Positions 12,600 to 25,449 of a stretch of 64,000 bases of DNA are shown piece after piece. Source of the stretch: Heterodontus francisci (lineage: Eukaryota); contig NW_027141363.1 of the NCBI RefSeq assembly GCF_036365525.1, positions 372,001-436,000 on the forward strand, in the 5' to 3' direction. Each line of letters opens with the position of its first letter. The stretch's first letter is position 1. A model generated the notes under the pieces. It had not been told where the DNA came from. It searched no databases and worked only from the letters and a program-made list of their open reading frames with translations. Position numbers and translations under genes: made by a program.

Positions 12600-13868
12600 T
12601 CACTCTCTCTGTAACCTCCTGCAGCTCCTACAGCCCTCCCTATCACAGCAATCTCCTCAAGGTAATGCAACCCTCCCTATCTCTGCTACCTCCGTAAGAT
12701 AATGCAACCCTTCCGACATCTGTAACCTCCTCCAAACTCCGACAACCTTCCCTGTTTCTGTAACTTCCTCTAGCCCCGACAACCATCCCGATCTCTGTAA
12801 TGACCTCCAGCCCCGAAAACCAACGCTATGTCTGTAACCTCCCCCAGTCTACAACCGTCCCGATCTCTGTAACCTCGTCCATCCCGTACAACCCTCCCTA
12901 TCTCTGTAACCTCCTCCAGCCTACAATGCTCCCTATCTCTGTAACCTCCACCATCCCCTACAACCCTCCCTATCTCTGTAGCTTCCTCCAGCCCGACTAC
13001 CATCCCTATCTCTGTCACTTCCTTCAGCACCAACAACCATCCCTATCTCTGTAACCTCTTTCAGCCGCTACAACCCTCCCTATCTCTGTAGCTTCCTCCA
13101 GCCCGACAACCATCCCCATCTCTGTAGCCTCCTGCAGACCCTGCCACCCTCCTTAACACTGTAACCTCCTCCAGCCCCTACAACCCTCCCTATCTCTGTA
13201 GCTTCCTCCATCCCGACAACTCTCCCTATCTCTGTAACTTCCTTCAGAACCAACAAGCCTCCCTATCTCTGTAACCTCCTTCGGCCCCTACAAGCCCCTT
13301 ATCTCTGTAACAGCCTCCAGCCCCAACAACGTCCCTATCTCTGTAACCATCTCCAGCCCCTACAAACCTTCCTATCACTGTAACCTCCTCCAGCCCCAAC
13401 AACCCTCCCGATCACTGTAATCTCCTCCAGCCCAACAACCCTCCCTATCTCTGTAACCTCCTCCAGCCCCTACAACCCTCCCTATCTCTGTAACTGCCTC
13501 CAGCCCCAACATCCCTCCCTATCTCTGTAACCTCCTCCAGCCCCTCAACCCTTCCTATCTGTGTAACCTCCTCTCGCCCGACAACCCTCCCTTTCTCTGT
13601 AACCTCCTCCAGCCCCAACATCCCTCCCTATCTCTGTAACCTCCTCCAGCCCCTACAACCCTTCCTATCTGTGTAACCTCCTCCTGCCCGACAACCCTCC
13701 CTTTCTCTGTAACCTCCTCCAGACCCAAGAAGCCTCCCTCTCTCTGTAACCTCCTCCAGACCCCTACAACCCTTCCTATCTCTGTAACCTCCTCCCGCCT
13801 GACAACCCTCCCTTTCTCTGTAACCTCCTCCAGCCCCAACATTCCTCCCTATCTCTGTAACCTCCTCC
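12600..13868. repeat. About 37-bp minisatellite (CCTATCTCTGTAACCTCCTCCAGCCCCTACAACCCTC)n, L2-derived
   Basis: Tandem units; the unit matches the L2 ORF2 3' end (PPYLCNLLQPYNP) also seen on the minus strand at about 8305-8350. Confidence 0.9.
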
Positions 13869-14109
13869 GGGCAATACGACAACTGCAACAAAAACCTCAG
13901 CACGAAAATCATTAACAAATTCAACAACAACCTCAGCAGGGGAAAACACCAACAATTTGAGAAGCAACGTTGGCAAAAAAAAAGCTCACCAACAAATACA
14001 ACAACGTCAGGAGGAGAAAGAACATCAACAGAATTCAACAAGTGCTTCAGGAGGAGAAAAGTAATAAATACAACTTCAGCAGGCGAAACACAGCAACAGA
14101 TGCAACAAC

Positions 14110-15250
14110 ATGTCGAACCTGCAAAATCCTCCTTACCAACATTTAGGGGCTTGTGCCAAAGTTGGGAGAGCTGTCAAGCAACAGCCTGACATCGTCATAC
14201 TCAGGGAATTATGCCTTACAGACAATGTCACACACCTCGTCATCCCCATCCCCGGGTATGTCCTGTCCCACAATCTTCAACTGCTTCATCAATGAACTCC
14301 CTTCAATCAAAAGATCAGAAGTGGGGATGTTCACTGATGATTGCACAATGTTCAGCATCATTCGTGACACCTCAGATTCTGATGCAGCCCGTGTTCAGAT
14401 GTCGCAGGACCTGGACAACATCCAGGTTTGAGCTGATAATTGGCAAGAAACATTCGTGTCACATAAGTGCCAGGCAATGACCATCTCAATTAAAAGAGAA
14501 TCTAACCATCTCCCCTTGACATTCAATGGAATTAACATCGCTGAATCCCCCACTATCAACATCCTAAAGGGTTACCATTGACCAGAAACTGAACTGGGAT
14601 AGCCATATAAATATTGTGGCTTCAAGAGCAGGACAGAGGCTAGAAATCCTGTGACAAGCAACTCACCTCCTGACTCCCCAAAGCCTGTCCACCATCTACA
14701 AGGTACAAGTCAGGAGTGTGATGGAATACTCTCCACTTGCCTGGATGGGTGCAGCTCCAACAAAACTCAAGAAGCTCGACACCATGCAGGACAAAGCAGT
14801 CCGCTTGATTGGCAAACCATCAACAAACTTTCACTCCCTCCACCCATCCACAACTTTCACTCCCTCCACCACCGATGCTCAGTGGCAGCAATGTGTACCA
14901 TCTACAAGATGCACTGCAGCAATGCACCAAGGCTCCCTCGTCAGCACCTTCCAAACCCTGGACCTCTACCACCTAGAAGGACAAGGGCAGCAGATCCTTG
15001 GGAACACCATCACTTGCAGGTTCCCCTCCAAGTCACACACCATCCTGACTTGGAACTATATCGCCGTTCCTTCACTGTCGCTGGGTCAAAATCCTGGAAT
15101 TCCCTTCCTAACAGCACTGTGGGTGTACTTACCCCACATGGACTGCAGCAGTTCAAGAAGGCAGCTCACCACCACCTTCTCAAGGGGCGAAAAGGATGGA
15201 CAATAAATGCTGGCCTCCAGCAGCATCGCCCAAAATCTCAAGAATGAATT
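14110..15250 (+). mobile_element. 3' part of the same CR1/L2-group LINE family; paralogs at about 48420-49530 and 52160-52570
   Basis: MFTDDCT (FADD), MEYSPLAW and 3' UTR. Confidence 0.85.
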
Positions 15251-15731
15251 CAAAAAGAGAAAATAACCTCAGCAGGGAATATAAACGCAAAAAAATACAA
15301 CAACAACCACAACATTAAAAAATGCAACAACAAGTTAAGCAGGGAAGGAAACAACAACCTCAACAAAAACCTCAGAAGGGAAAACACCAACCAACACAAC
15401 AATTACCTCAGCAGGAGAACAAAGCCAACAAATTCAACAACAGATCAGCAGGAGATTCAAACACCAACAAATTCAACAACCTCAGTCGGAGAAAAACACC
15501 AGCAAATACAGCAACAAATACACCAACAACCTCAGCAGCAGAATGATACCAACAAATTCAACAGCAACGAGTGGAAGCCAATGGTAGAGAAAGGGGCGTG
15601 TGTTTCCCATCAGGGAGGGAGGTGTTGTGCAAACTTGAATCACTTCCTTGAGTTTTCATGTGGCTGCACACAAGACTCAACTCTCTTCTTTCCACTGATT
15701 TCCCAATTGCAGGATCAGCTTCCAGTGGAAG

Positions 15732-16085
15732 ATGTATCTGTTACTGAGTCTCATGGTCTTATTTCAAAGTAAGGGATCTTTCTCACCACCACCCCACACC
15801 CCCATTGTTTGTGCTAACAGCTCTCTTTCTTATTGTCTTTCTCTCTATCTTTCTCTCCTTCCTTCATTCCTCACATTCCAGATTGTCCCTGTTCACTGAT
15901 CTTCTTCTCTCCCTGTCTCTTCCCCCAGGCACGATCTCAGCGAGGGTCCGTCAGCTTCCACCGCCAGCTCCAGACTTCCTAGGGAGGGAGTAGGACTGGA
16001 GTGTCGTGTGGAGGGTGAGGGTAACGGTTCCATGTTCTGGTACAGACAGGACAGGCGAAGGAGCCGCGGCTGATGTTTTACTCCT
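15732..16085 (+). pseudogene. TRBV: Truncated, frameshifted duplicate of the TRBV30-like V segment
   Basis: Same leader peptide at 15732-15768, same intron, and V exon from 15929 (..LECRVEGEGNGSMFWYRQD..) with indels; cut at about 16085 by a CR1 3' fragment; no RSS. Confidence 0.85.
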
Positions 16086-16545
16086 GGGATAATGGGGTTG
16101 TCTTCTGAGGAATGGTTGAACAGGTTGGGCCTGTACTCATTGGGATTCAGAAGAATGAGAGGTGATCTTATTGAAATATACAAAATACATAAAGGGATAG
16201 ACAGGTTCGATGCAGGTAAGATGTCTCCTTTGGTTCGGGAGTCTAGAACCAGGGGACACAATTTCAAAATAAGGGGGAAGCCACTTAGGACGGAGATGAG
16301 GAGAAATGTCTTTACTCAGAGGGTTGTGAATCTTTGGAATTCTCTACCCCAGAGGGCTGTGGAAGCTCAGTCATTGAGTATGTCTAAAGCAGAGATTGAC
16401 AGATTTCTAAATACCAATGACATAAAGGGATATGAGGATAGTCTGGGGAAAAGGCATTGAAATGGATGATCAGCCATGATAGTATTGGATGGTGGAGCAG
16501 GCTCGATGGGCTGAATGGCCTACTCCTGTTCCTATGTTCCCATGC
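16086..16545 (+). mobile_element. CR1 3' end abutting the truncated V segment
   Basis: LGLYSL..RRMRGDLIE, RTRGH, FTQRVVNLWNSLP, GTTCCTAT-type tail. Confidence 0.9.
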
Positions 16546-19500
16546 TGCTGAAATACTTTATCCAAAACTACCCCATCAGTTCCCCTTAATATCTCAACAA
16601 CTTTGAACAAATCACCTTGATCCTCCTAACTTTCAGGGAATAAATCCCCAGTTTGTGTAATATCACCTCGTAATTTATCCCTTTGAGTCCAGTTATCATT
16701 CTGGTAAATCTACACTGCACTCAAATGGACATGGACCCCCCAAGTCTCTTTGGACCACCAGTGTTTCTTGTTTTTCAGCATTTGTAAAGTACTCTGCTCT
16801 AGTATTTTTTACCGACATTGAAATCTATCTACCACAGTTTTGCCCATTTATTTAAGATATTATTATCTCTTTGTAATTTGATGCTTCCAGCTACACTGCT
16901 TACAACGCTGCCTATTTTTGTGTCATTGGTGTCATTCTACCCCATCATCTTAAATCGTTCATGAATGCAGCAAAATTGAGACACACACGGGCTTTGCACT
17001 AGTAGACAGGAGTGAATCATTCCATCCGAGAGGTTTTTTAATTCCAGATTGATGTTTCTTTTTGAAAAAACTGAATTCAAATTCACAACAGCCCAGTGTG
17101 GGATTTGAACTCCTGCTTTTTCAATCATCAGTTCAGGCCTTCAAATTAAAACACATAAAAAGCGATTCATTTTCCTACTGCTGTTGTCTGACTGTCTCAG
17201 GTTTTGTATATTGTTCCCTTCTCCTCTTCTTCCATGTGTCTGAATTCTTTGAAGTTTGTCAGACATTGGTAAACTACTTCATGTGGTGTTCTGTAAATAC
17301 CTTCAATTCTGTGGATCTCAAACGTCCACAATGCAGGAATGTCTGAATGGAAACAGCTTTTGACACATTTCCCAACACGTTTGTTAACACTTTTCGGGAT
17401 GAAGCTAGATTCAACTTACAGATTGCAAGCCCCAAATTGAATCTTTAAGATATAAAAAGTGACACAAGTGAAATCCCAGATCTCTTTGTCCCTGCACCCA
17501 TTTTAACATGATACCATTTAGTTTATATCGCTTCTTCTCAGCCTTCCTTCCAAAATGCATCATTTTACATTTCTCAGCATTGAAGTTAACCTGCCATGAG
17601 TCTCACCATTTCACCAGACTGCCTCTATCCAACTGAAGTCTACTACTATTCCCTTCCCTGTTTGTTCCATTGCAGATGGCACAATGTTGAAGTTATGCCC
17701 TGTAAACCCAAGTCCAAGTCATTAATATATATCAAAACGATCAGTTGTCCTAATCCAAACCACTGGGGAATACCCCTGTACCACAATGTACACTGTATAC
17801 AGTGAGTACAAAAGCAGGGAGGTTATGCTGAACATTTATAAAGCTCTGGTTAGGCCCCAATTGGAGAATTGTGTCCAGTTCTGGTCACCACACTTTAGGA
17901 AGGAGGGGATAGTCCTTGAGAGGTTGCAGAGGAGATTTAGCAGAATGGTTACTGGGATGAGGGATTTTAGCAACAAAGTTAGGTTGGAAAAGCTGGGTTT
18001 GGTCTCCATAGAGCAAAGGAGATTGTGGGAAGAGTGAATAGAAGTGCATAAGATTATTTCAGGGATAGATTCGGACCTCCAGTCTGAACCAACCATTCAC
18101 CACTACTCTCTGTGTTCTGTCCCTTATCCAATGTTGTATACACTCTGTCCCTCTACAGAACACTCCAGAAGCTCGACACCATCCAGGACAAAGCAGCCCA
18201 CTTGATTGGCACCCCATGCACCACTTCAAACATTGATCAGATCACCCCTTAACCTTCTAAATTGCAGGGATACAGAGTAAAGCTCCATCTACACTGTCCC
18301 ATCAAATGCTGCCAAGCTATTAGTTAGCTATTGAGTCAATCTCTGCCTTCTCTGTTCTATCAAACACTCCCAGGGCAGGTACAGTGTGGGGTTAGATACA
18401 GAGTAAAGCTATATATGCCTCTCCTTCTCCTCCTCCATCCAGATGGAGAGAGTAACAGTGCGAAAGACAGGGATGGGTATAGAGATAGAAAAGAACAAAG
18501 AGAGAGGGAAGGATAGCACTGGGGAGAGAGTACCAGAGAGAAAGAGGAAGAGATTGGGAAGGACAGTGTCGGTCAGTGTTTCCGCAAAACTGTGTGCAGC
18601 ATCGTTGAAGGTATGAAACGGCTAGAGATTGGGATTGAGAGGGTACAGAGGGAGATCGAGATAGAGAGAGAAGAGGAGAGAGATAAACATGGACAGATTA
18701 GCAGAGAGGGGAACTAGTGATTGAGTGAGTAAGAGAGAGGGGAAGACAGAGATGGAGAGAGATTACCAGTAAGAGTAGCTCTCCACTTCTCTCTCCATGC
18801 CTATCTCTCCCTTTCTCACTGGTGCCCTCTCTCCATCTGTATTTATCCCTCTCTCCTGATGTTTCTCACTCTAAGCCTATTTCTTGTACATCTGTGTACA
18901 CAGGATTACATCAAACTATGAATATATTTGACATTTGCCCTTTCGATCTAGCCTAACAACGTGACTGTTCTCCAACATTGTCTCTTTGTCTGTGAACCCC
19001 GGGGGGCCTTGAAGTGAATGTTCACTGATTCCTGAGGCTGACAGGACAGGTGGGTAAGCTGGTTAGGAAGGGATAAGGGAGGCTTTCATTTCCCGAGCAG
19101 CGGTAACAATCTCTCAGTGTCGATCCTATCCAGTCCCTTTAGAATCTGATATGTTTCAATAGGATCACCTCTCATTCTTCTAAACTCCAGAGAATACAGG
19201 TCCAATTTACTCAGCCTCTCATCAGAGGACAAAGGCAGAGAAACTAAACAAATACTTTGTGTCTTTCTACATGTTCTCAGTCATGCTCTGCCATCTTCCT
19301 CCAATCATTAAACACTGCAGTTTATGGATATTTCACTGTTTGCTGTAGAGCTGATGAATTTGTTTGATTGGCAGTGATAATATTTTTGGACCATTGTATC
19401 GAGTCCAATGGGTTGCAACCAGGATTACTGGGTGACTTCTCTCTGCAACTTTTAATCTTTAATAAAGCTTATCTGGGCCTTAACCTGCAATCTGTTTTTT

Positions 19501-20369
19501 ATATGTCTGACTCCACTCATTCACCCGGGAATAAAGTTACTTTTGTCTGGTTGTGCACCCAATTAAATGACTGATTAACACGGCGAGTCTTTCTATACTA
19601 TGAACGTGTGCTGATCTCTCTCTCTCTCTCTCTCTCACGCACACACACACTATCTGCCTCTCTCTCTGCCCACATCTATCCCGGAATTCCCCTCTCTCTC
19701 TGACGGACACTCATTCATTTTTCGCTCTTTCTGTACACCCTGTGTCTACTCGTTTCCTCTGATTTCTCATTTTCCTTCCCACTCTCTCTCTCTCTTTCAC
19801 TCTGTTACTCTTTCCTCACCTTTATCTCTCCATTTGTCTGTTTCCTCACTCTCAAACTCTACCAGTCCCTCACTCTCCACCTTCCTTTCTCTTTGATCGC
19901 TCTTTACATCTCTCTATCACTCTCTCTCCATCTCTATCCAATTGAGGAAATTCTCCCTCCATTTCTCACCATCTCTTGCTCTCTCACTCTCTCCCCATCA
20001 CCTATTTTCTCTCAGTCTCTCCATCTCTCTATTATTCTTTCAAGCTCATTTCTCTCTCTCTCTCCCCCATCACTCTCTCTTTTCTATTTCCCTCTCTGTC
20101 ACTTGCTCTCTCAGTCTCTTGCTCTGTCTGTCCACGTTGGGTCCCTTTAAGAGTTTGGGACAGTTCTGGCGTTGCAGTTTGGTGCTGGCCCCTCCCCCCA
20201 CATGCGTGCTCACATGTCACCGAAACCGCGGTTGCGCGGAAGCTGGAGGCAGCTTTTGACCCCTTTGACCTCCAAACATGTGGGGCGCTGCAGCCAATCA
20301 GATACTATGTCCCCCCGTGAACGATTTCCTGTCCCTCCAACAGCTTGTGCCATTGCCCGAATTATCGGT

Positions 20370-21300
20370 GTATTTTCCCCTTCTGCTGATGTTGAATTTG
20401 TTTGTGATTATCACCTACTGAAGTTGTTGTATTTGTTGGATTTTTTTTGTCCTCACGAAGCTGTTCTTTTCCGGTTGAAATTGTTGAATTTGTTGGTATT
20501 TTATCCTGTTGAGGTTGTTTTTGTATTTGTTGGGGTGTTTCTCTGGCTGACGTCGTTGCTGTTGAATTTGTTGGTGTTTTTCTGCCGAAATTACTTTTGA
20601 ATTTGTTGGTGCTTTTCGCTTGCTGAACTTGTTGTTGAAGTTAACTGTTTTTGCTTCTGCCAAGGGTGGTGTTGCATCTGTTGGTGTTTTTCTCTTGAAG
20701 TTGTTGCTGTATCTGTCGGTGTTTTTCACTCGATGTTGCTCGATTTCTTGGTGCTTTTCTCCACCTGCAGTTGTTTTTGAATTTGCTGTGTTTCTCCTGC
20801 TGACCGTGTTTTGGAACTTGTCGGTGTTTTTCTCCTCTTGAAATTGATGCTGCAGTTGTTGGTGTTTCTGCCCTGTTGAGGAGGTTTTTGTATTTGTTGG
20901 TGTTTTTCTCCTGTTGAGATTGTTGTTGAGTTTGTTGGTTTCTCTGCTGCTGAGGTTGTTGTTCTTTGTTGTTGTTTCCCTCCTGTTGAGGTTGTTGTAG
21001 AATTTGTTGGTGCTCGTTCTCTGTTCAAGTTGTTGTTGCATTTGTTAGTGTTTCTCTCCTGGTGAGGTTGTTGTTGAATTTGTTGGTGCTCTTTCCCTGT
21101 TCAAGATGCTGTTGAATTTCTTGGTGTTTCTCTCCTGTTGAGGTTGTTGTTGAATTTGTTGCTGCTCGTTCCCTGTTCGACTTGTTGTGGCATTTGTTTA
21201 TTTCCCTCCTGAAGTTATTGCTGTATTTGTTCGTGTATTTTTGCTCCTGAAGTTATTGTATTTGTTGTTCTTTTTCCCCCTCCTGAAATTACTGTTGAAT
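20370..21300 (-). repeat. CAA-rich satellite-like array (about 38-40 bp, CAACAAATTCAACAACAACCTCAGCAGGAGAAAAACAC)
   Basis: Degenerate tandem units; related arrays at about 13870-14110, 15250-15570, 48190-48420, 49540-49850, 52580-52890, 54710-55230(-), 55950-56390. Confidence 0.85.
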
Positions 21301-21789
21301 TCCCCTGTTCCTCCTAAACATGTTACACTCACCACCCCTCATGACTCAGCTTACACTAAAACTGTATCTCTGAGTGAAATCTCTCGAATGTATATGTAAT
21401 ATCTGCTTCCAGCATCTCCCTGGAAGCCTGTTCCATGGAGTGACCTCCCGCTCGCTGAAATAACCTTTCTGCAGATTTGTTTCCAGGTCAAATAATTAAA
21501 ATGAAGTAACTACTACAACAAAGAATATTGTCCTTTTTCCATCAAGGAGGCTGGAATAGAAAGCGCTGGATGTTGTGTTACTGTTGTATGAAGCTCTGAT
21601 TCGACCCCATCTGGAGGAATTCTGTTCAGTTCTGTGCACCTGCACCACAGCTCAGGAAGGATATCTCAGCCTTGGAGGCAGTGACATCGGGTTTAAAAGG
21701 GTTAAATTAGCTTCACAGTTTGTATGGTCATGTGTCATATTCCCTTGAGTATAGGAATTTAAAGGGTGATGTCATTGAGGTAGTCGTTT

Positions 21790-22170
21790 GGAAGTACAGA
21801 ACTTGAGTATTGCTGAAAATAGCGACATGTTGTCAAAGCTCTTCATCTTGCACTCATCAGGACAATCGGCAAGAATGCCAATTTTAAATTTTTTTGTCAG
21901 TGTAATTCTTAGCACTGTGAGGATTATTTAGCAAATGTTGTCCATTTGCAGAATCACATCTCATGTTGGAAACTGTGTATTTAGTTTTGCAAGCATGGGC
22001 TGGTGAGGTATGGCCCGTACCTTGCCTGTTGCAAACAGTGGAAGGGATATGTGGGGATTATCCTACAAGCAGAGGTTGAGAAGTCTGCTCTGTGTCTGAG
22101 CAGTGAGGGGGTTCAGTGTCAGAGCCATTCCTGATATCAGCAATTAACTCAACAGGAGTTGAACTTATAT
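21790..22170 (-). mobile_element. Penelope-like element remnant (GIY-YIG C-terminus and hammerhead-like end)
   Basis: Minus strand reads CDSANGQHLLNNPHSAKNY, followed by CTGATGAGTGCAAGATGAA. Confidence 0.65.
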
Positions 22171-22764
22171 CATTGCGTGTTTGTTGGCCCCTCAAGCCTG
22201 CTCAACCATTCTATAAGATCATGGCTGATCTGATTGTAGCATTATCTCCACTTTCCTGTCTTCCCCCTATAACCCTGACTCCCTTGTAGATCAAAAATCT
22301 GTCCAACTCAAGCTTGAATATATTCAATGGCCCAGCCTCTGATGCTCTCCGGGGAACCGAGTTCCACAGACTCAACCTTTGAGTTGAGTCGATATGGCCA
22401 ACCTCTTCAACCTTTCCTCATAACAATCATAGAATTGTGATAATGCAGAAGGAGGCCATTCAGCCCATCATGTCCACTGGCTCTCTGAAAGAGCAACTTC
22501 TTCAGGTCCATTCCCCCGGCTTCCTCCTTTCACCATGCACATTCTTCCTTTTCATATAACTGTCTAATTCCCTTTTGAATGCTTCAATTGAACCTGCCTC
22601 CACCACGTTCTCAGGCAGCGCATTCCAGACTCGCTGTGTGAAAAGTTTTTCCTCATGTCACTTTTGCTTCTCTTACCAAATATTGCAAATCTGTGTCCTC
22701 TCGTTTAATATTTATTAGAGATACAGCATTGAAACAGACCCTTCGGCCCACCCAGTCATGCCGA

Positions 22765-25205
22765 ACTTCTTCTTTGGCCTCCTTGTCTCAAAGACAATGG
22801 GTAAGCGCCTGAAGGTGGTCAGTGGTTTGTGGAGCAGCGCCTGGAGTGGCTATAAAGGACAATTCGAGAGTGACAGACTCTTCCACAGGTGCTACATATA
22901 AAATTGGTTGTCGGGGCTGTTACACAGTTGGCTCTCTCCTTGCGCTTCTGTCTTTTTTCCTGCCAACTGCTAAGTCTCTCCAACTCGCCACTCTTTAGAC
23001 CCACCTTTATGGTTGCCTGCCAGCTCTGGCGATCGCTGGCAACTGACTCCCACGACTTGTGATCAATGTCACAGGACTTCATGTCGCATTTGCAGACGTC
23101 TTTAAAGTGGAGACATGGACATCTGGTGGGTCTAATACCAGCGACGAGCTCGCTGTACAATGTGTCCTTGGGGATCCTGCCATCTTCCATGCGGCTCACA
23201 TGGCCAAGCCATCTGATGCTCCGCTGGCTTATATGCTGGGGATGTTGGTCGTCTCGAGAACGTCTGTGTTGGAGATACGGTCCTGATGCCAAGCATTCTC
23301 CGGAGGCAGTGAAGATGGAATGAATTGAGGCGTCGCTCTTGGCTGACATACGTTGTCCAGGCCTCGCTGCCATGCAGGAAGGTACTGAGGACACAGGCTT
23401 GATACACTTGGACTTTTGTGTTCTGTGTCAGTGCGCCATTTTCCCACACTCTCTTGGCCAGTCTGGGCACAGCAGAGGAAGCCTTTCCCATGCGCTTGTT
23501 GATTTCTGCATCGAGAGACAGGTTACTGGTGATAGTTGAGCCTAGGTCGGTGAACTCTTGAAGCACTTCCAAAGCATGGTCGCCGATATTGATGGATGGA
23601 ACATTTCTGACGTCCTGTCCCATGATGTTCGTTTTCTTGAGGATGATGGTTAGGTCAAATTCGTTGCAGGCAGCCGCAATCCTGTCGATGTGTCTCTGCA
23701 GGCACTCTTCAGTGTGAGATGTTAAAGCAGCATCGTCAGCAAAGAGGAGTTCCCTGATGAGGACTTTCTGTACTTTGGTCTTCGCTCTTAGACGGGCAAG
23801 GTTGAACAACCTGCCACGTGATCTTGCGTGGAGGAAAGTTCCTTCTTCTGAACGCATGTGAGAGCAGCAGGGAGAAGAAGATGAGGAACAGTGTGGGTGC
23901 GAGAACACAGCCCTGTTTCACGCCACTCAGGATAGGAAAGGGGTCTGATGAGGCGCCGCTGTGCTGAATTGTGCCTTTCATATTGTCATGGAATGAGGTG
24001 ATGATACTTAGTAGCTTTGGTGGACATCCAATCTTTTCTAGTAGTCTGAAGAGACCACGTCTGCTGACGAGGTCAAAGGCTTTGGTGAGATCAATGAAAG
24101 CAATGTAGATGGGCATCTGTTGTTCACAGCATTTCTCCTGTAGCTGGCGAAGGGAGAACAGCATGTCAATAGTGGATCTCTCTGCTCGAAAGCCTCACTG
24201 TGCCTCAGGGTAGACATGCTCAGCCAGCTTCTGGAGCCTGTTTAATTCGACTCGAGCGAAGACTTTCCCTGCTATGCTGAGCAGAGAGATTCCACGGTAG
24301 TTGTTGCAGTCACTGTGGTCACCCTTGTTCATATAGAGGGTGATGATATTGGCATCGCGCATGTCCTGTGGTACTGCTCCCTCGTCCCAGCACAGGCAAA
24401 GCACTTCGTTCAGTGCTGACAGTATAGCAGGCTTGGCACTCTTGATTATTTCAGGGGTAATGCTATCCTTTCCCAGGGCTTTTCCACTGGCTAGAGAATC
24501 AATGGCATCACCGAGTTCCGATTTTGTTGGCTGTACGTCCAGCTCATCCATGACTGGCAGAGACTGGGCTGCATTGAGGGTGGTATCAGTGACAACATTT
24601 TCCCTGGAGTACAGTTCTAGGTAGTGTTCCACCCAGCGGTCCATTTGCTTGCGTTGGTCAGTAATTGTGTCCCCTGATTCAGATTTGATAGGGGTGATCT
24701 TCTTGATGGTTGGCCCAAAAGTTCTCTTCATGCCATCATACATTCCTCTGATATTTCCAGTGTCCGAGCCCAGCTGAATATGACTGCATAGGTGTTGCCA
24801 GTAGTCATTTGCGCAGCGCTTCTGGCTGCTTTAAGTGCTGCGGATGTTAACTCGCTGGGGACTTTCTTGGAGTTCAGCAGTGTAATGCGCTTAGTGGCTA
24901 TGACAGGTTCCAGCTCTTCAATGTGAGATTGAAACCAGCCTGCATTCCGCTTCACACATTTGCCATAGGTGGTCATTGCTGGTTCATAGATGGCGTCTCT
25001 GATGTGGGCCCATTTGGTCTCTGCATCCCCTGTGGGAGTGTTTTGAAGGGCTTTTTCAGGTGAATTTAGAATCTTATGTAACCGCTGTGGATGAGAAATT
25101 CTGCCAGTGTGATGCGCGGGCAGCCCTTCTGCTTGGAGTGATGCAGCTTCTTTGGTTTGAGTCTAACCTTGCTGCACACCAGGGGCTGGTCGGTGTCGCA
25201 GTCCA
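22765..25205 (-). mobile_element. RTE-clade LINE, 5'-truncated and frameshifted
   Basis: NYRGISLLSIAGKVFAR, FIDLTKAFD, GVKQGCVLAPTLF, LLFADDAAL, C-terminal CSTCGRVCHSR..LYSHSRRC, GAA-repeat tail. Confidence 0.92.
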
Positions 25206-25449
25206 TAACAACCACCCATTAAGACTAACCCTGCATATTCCCTATCACCTACCTACACTCGGGGCAATTTCCAAGGGCCAATTTACCTATCAACCTGCAA
25301 GTCATTGCTGTGGGAGGAAAACAGAGCAGCCAGCAGAAACCCACACGGTCACAGGGAGAACTTGCAAACTCCGCACAGGCAGTACCCAGAATCGAACCCG
25401 GGTCGCTGGAGCTGTGAGGCTGCAGTGCTAACCACTGCATCACTGTGCA
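25206..25449 (-). mobile_element. HE1-like tRNA-derived SINE; its 3' tail lies at about 22705-22764, beyond the RTE insertion
   Basis: Minus-strand head GCAGTGGTTAGCACTGCAGCCTCACAGCTCCAGCGACCCGGGTTCGATTC with A/B boxes. Confidence 0.85.

Larger units (their letters stand above)
2600..15660 (+). repeat. Segmental duplication: this block is repeated at about 37500-49930 (offset about 35 kb, same orientation)
   Basis: Colinear near-identity of exons, introns, LINE fragments, promoter and satellites. Confidence 0.95.

Noticed and set aside
20415-21041. Asn/Gln/Thr-rich 208-aa ORF and similar ORFs
   Set aside because: Translation of the CAA-rich satellite.
25380-25449. tRNA-like sequences (also about 50140-50205 and 52050-52150)
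   Set aside because: SINE heads with A/B boxes, not complete tRNA cloverleaves.
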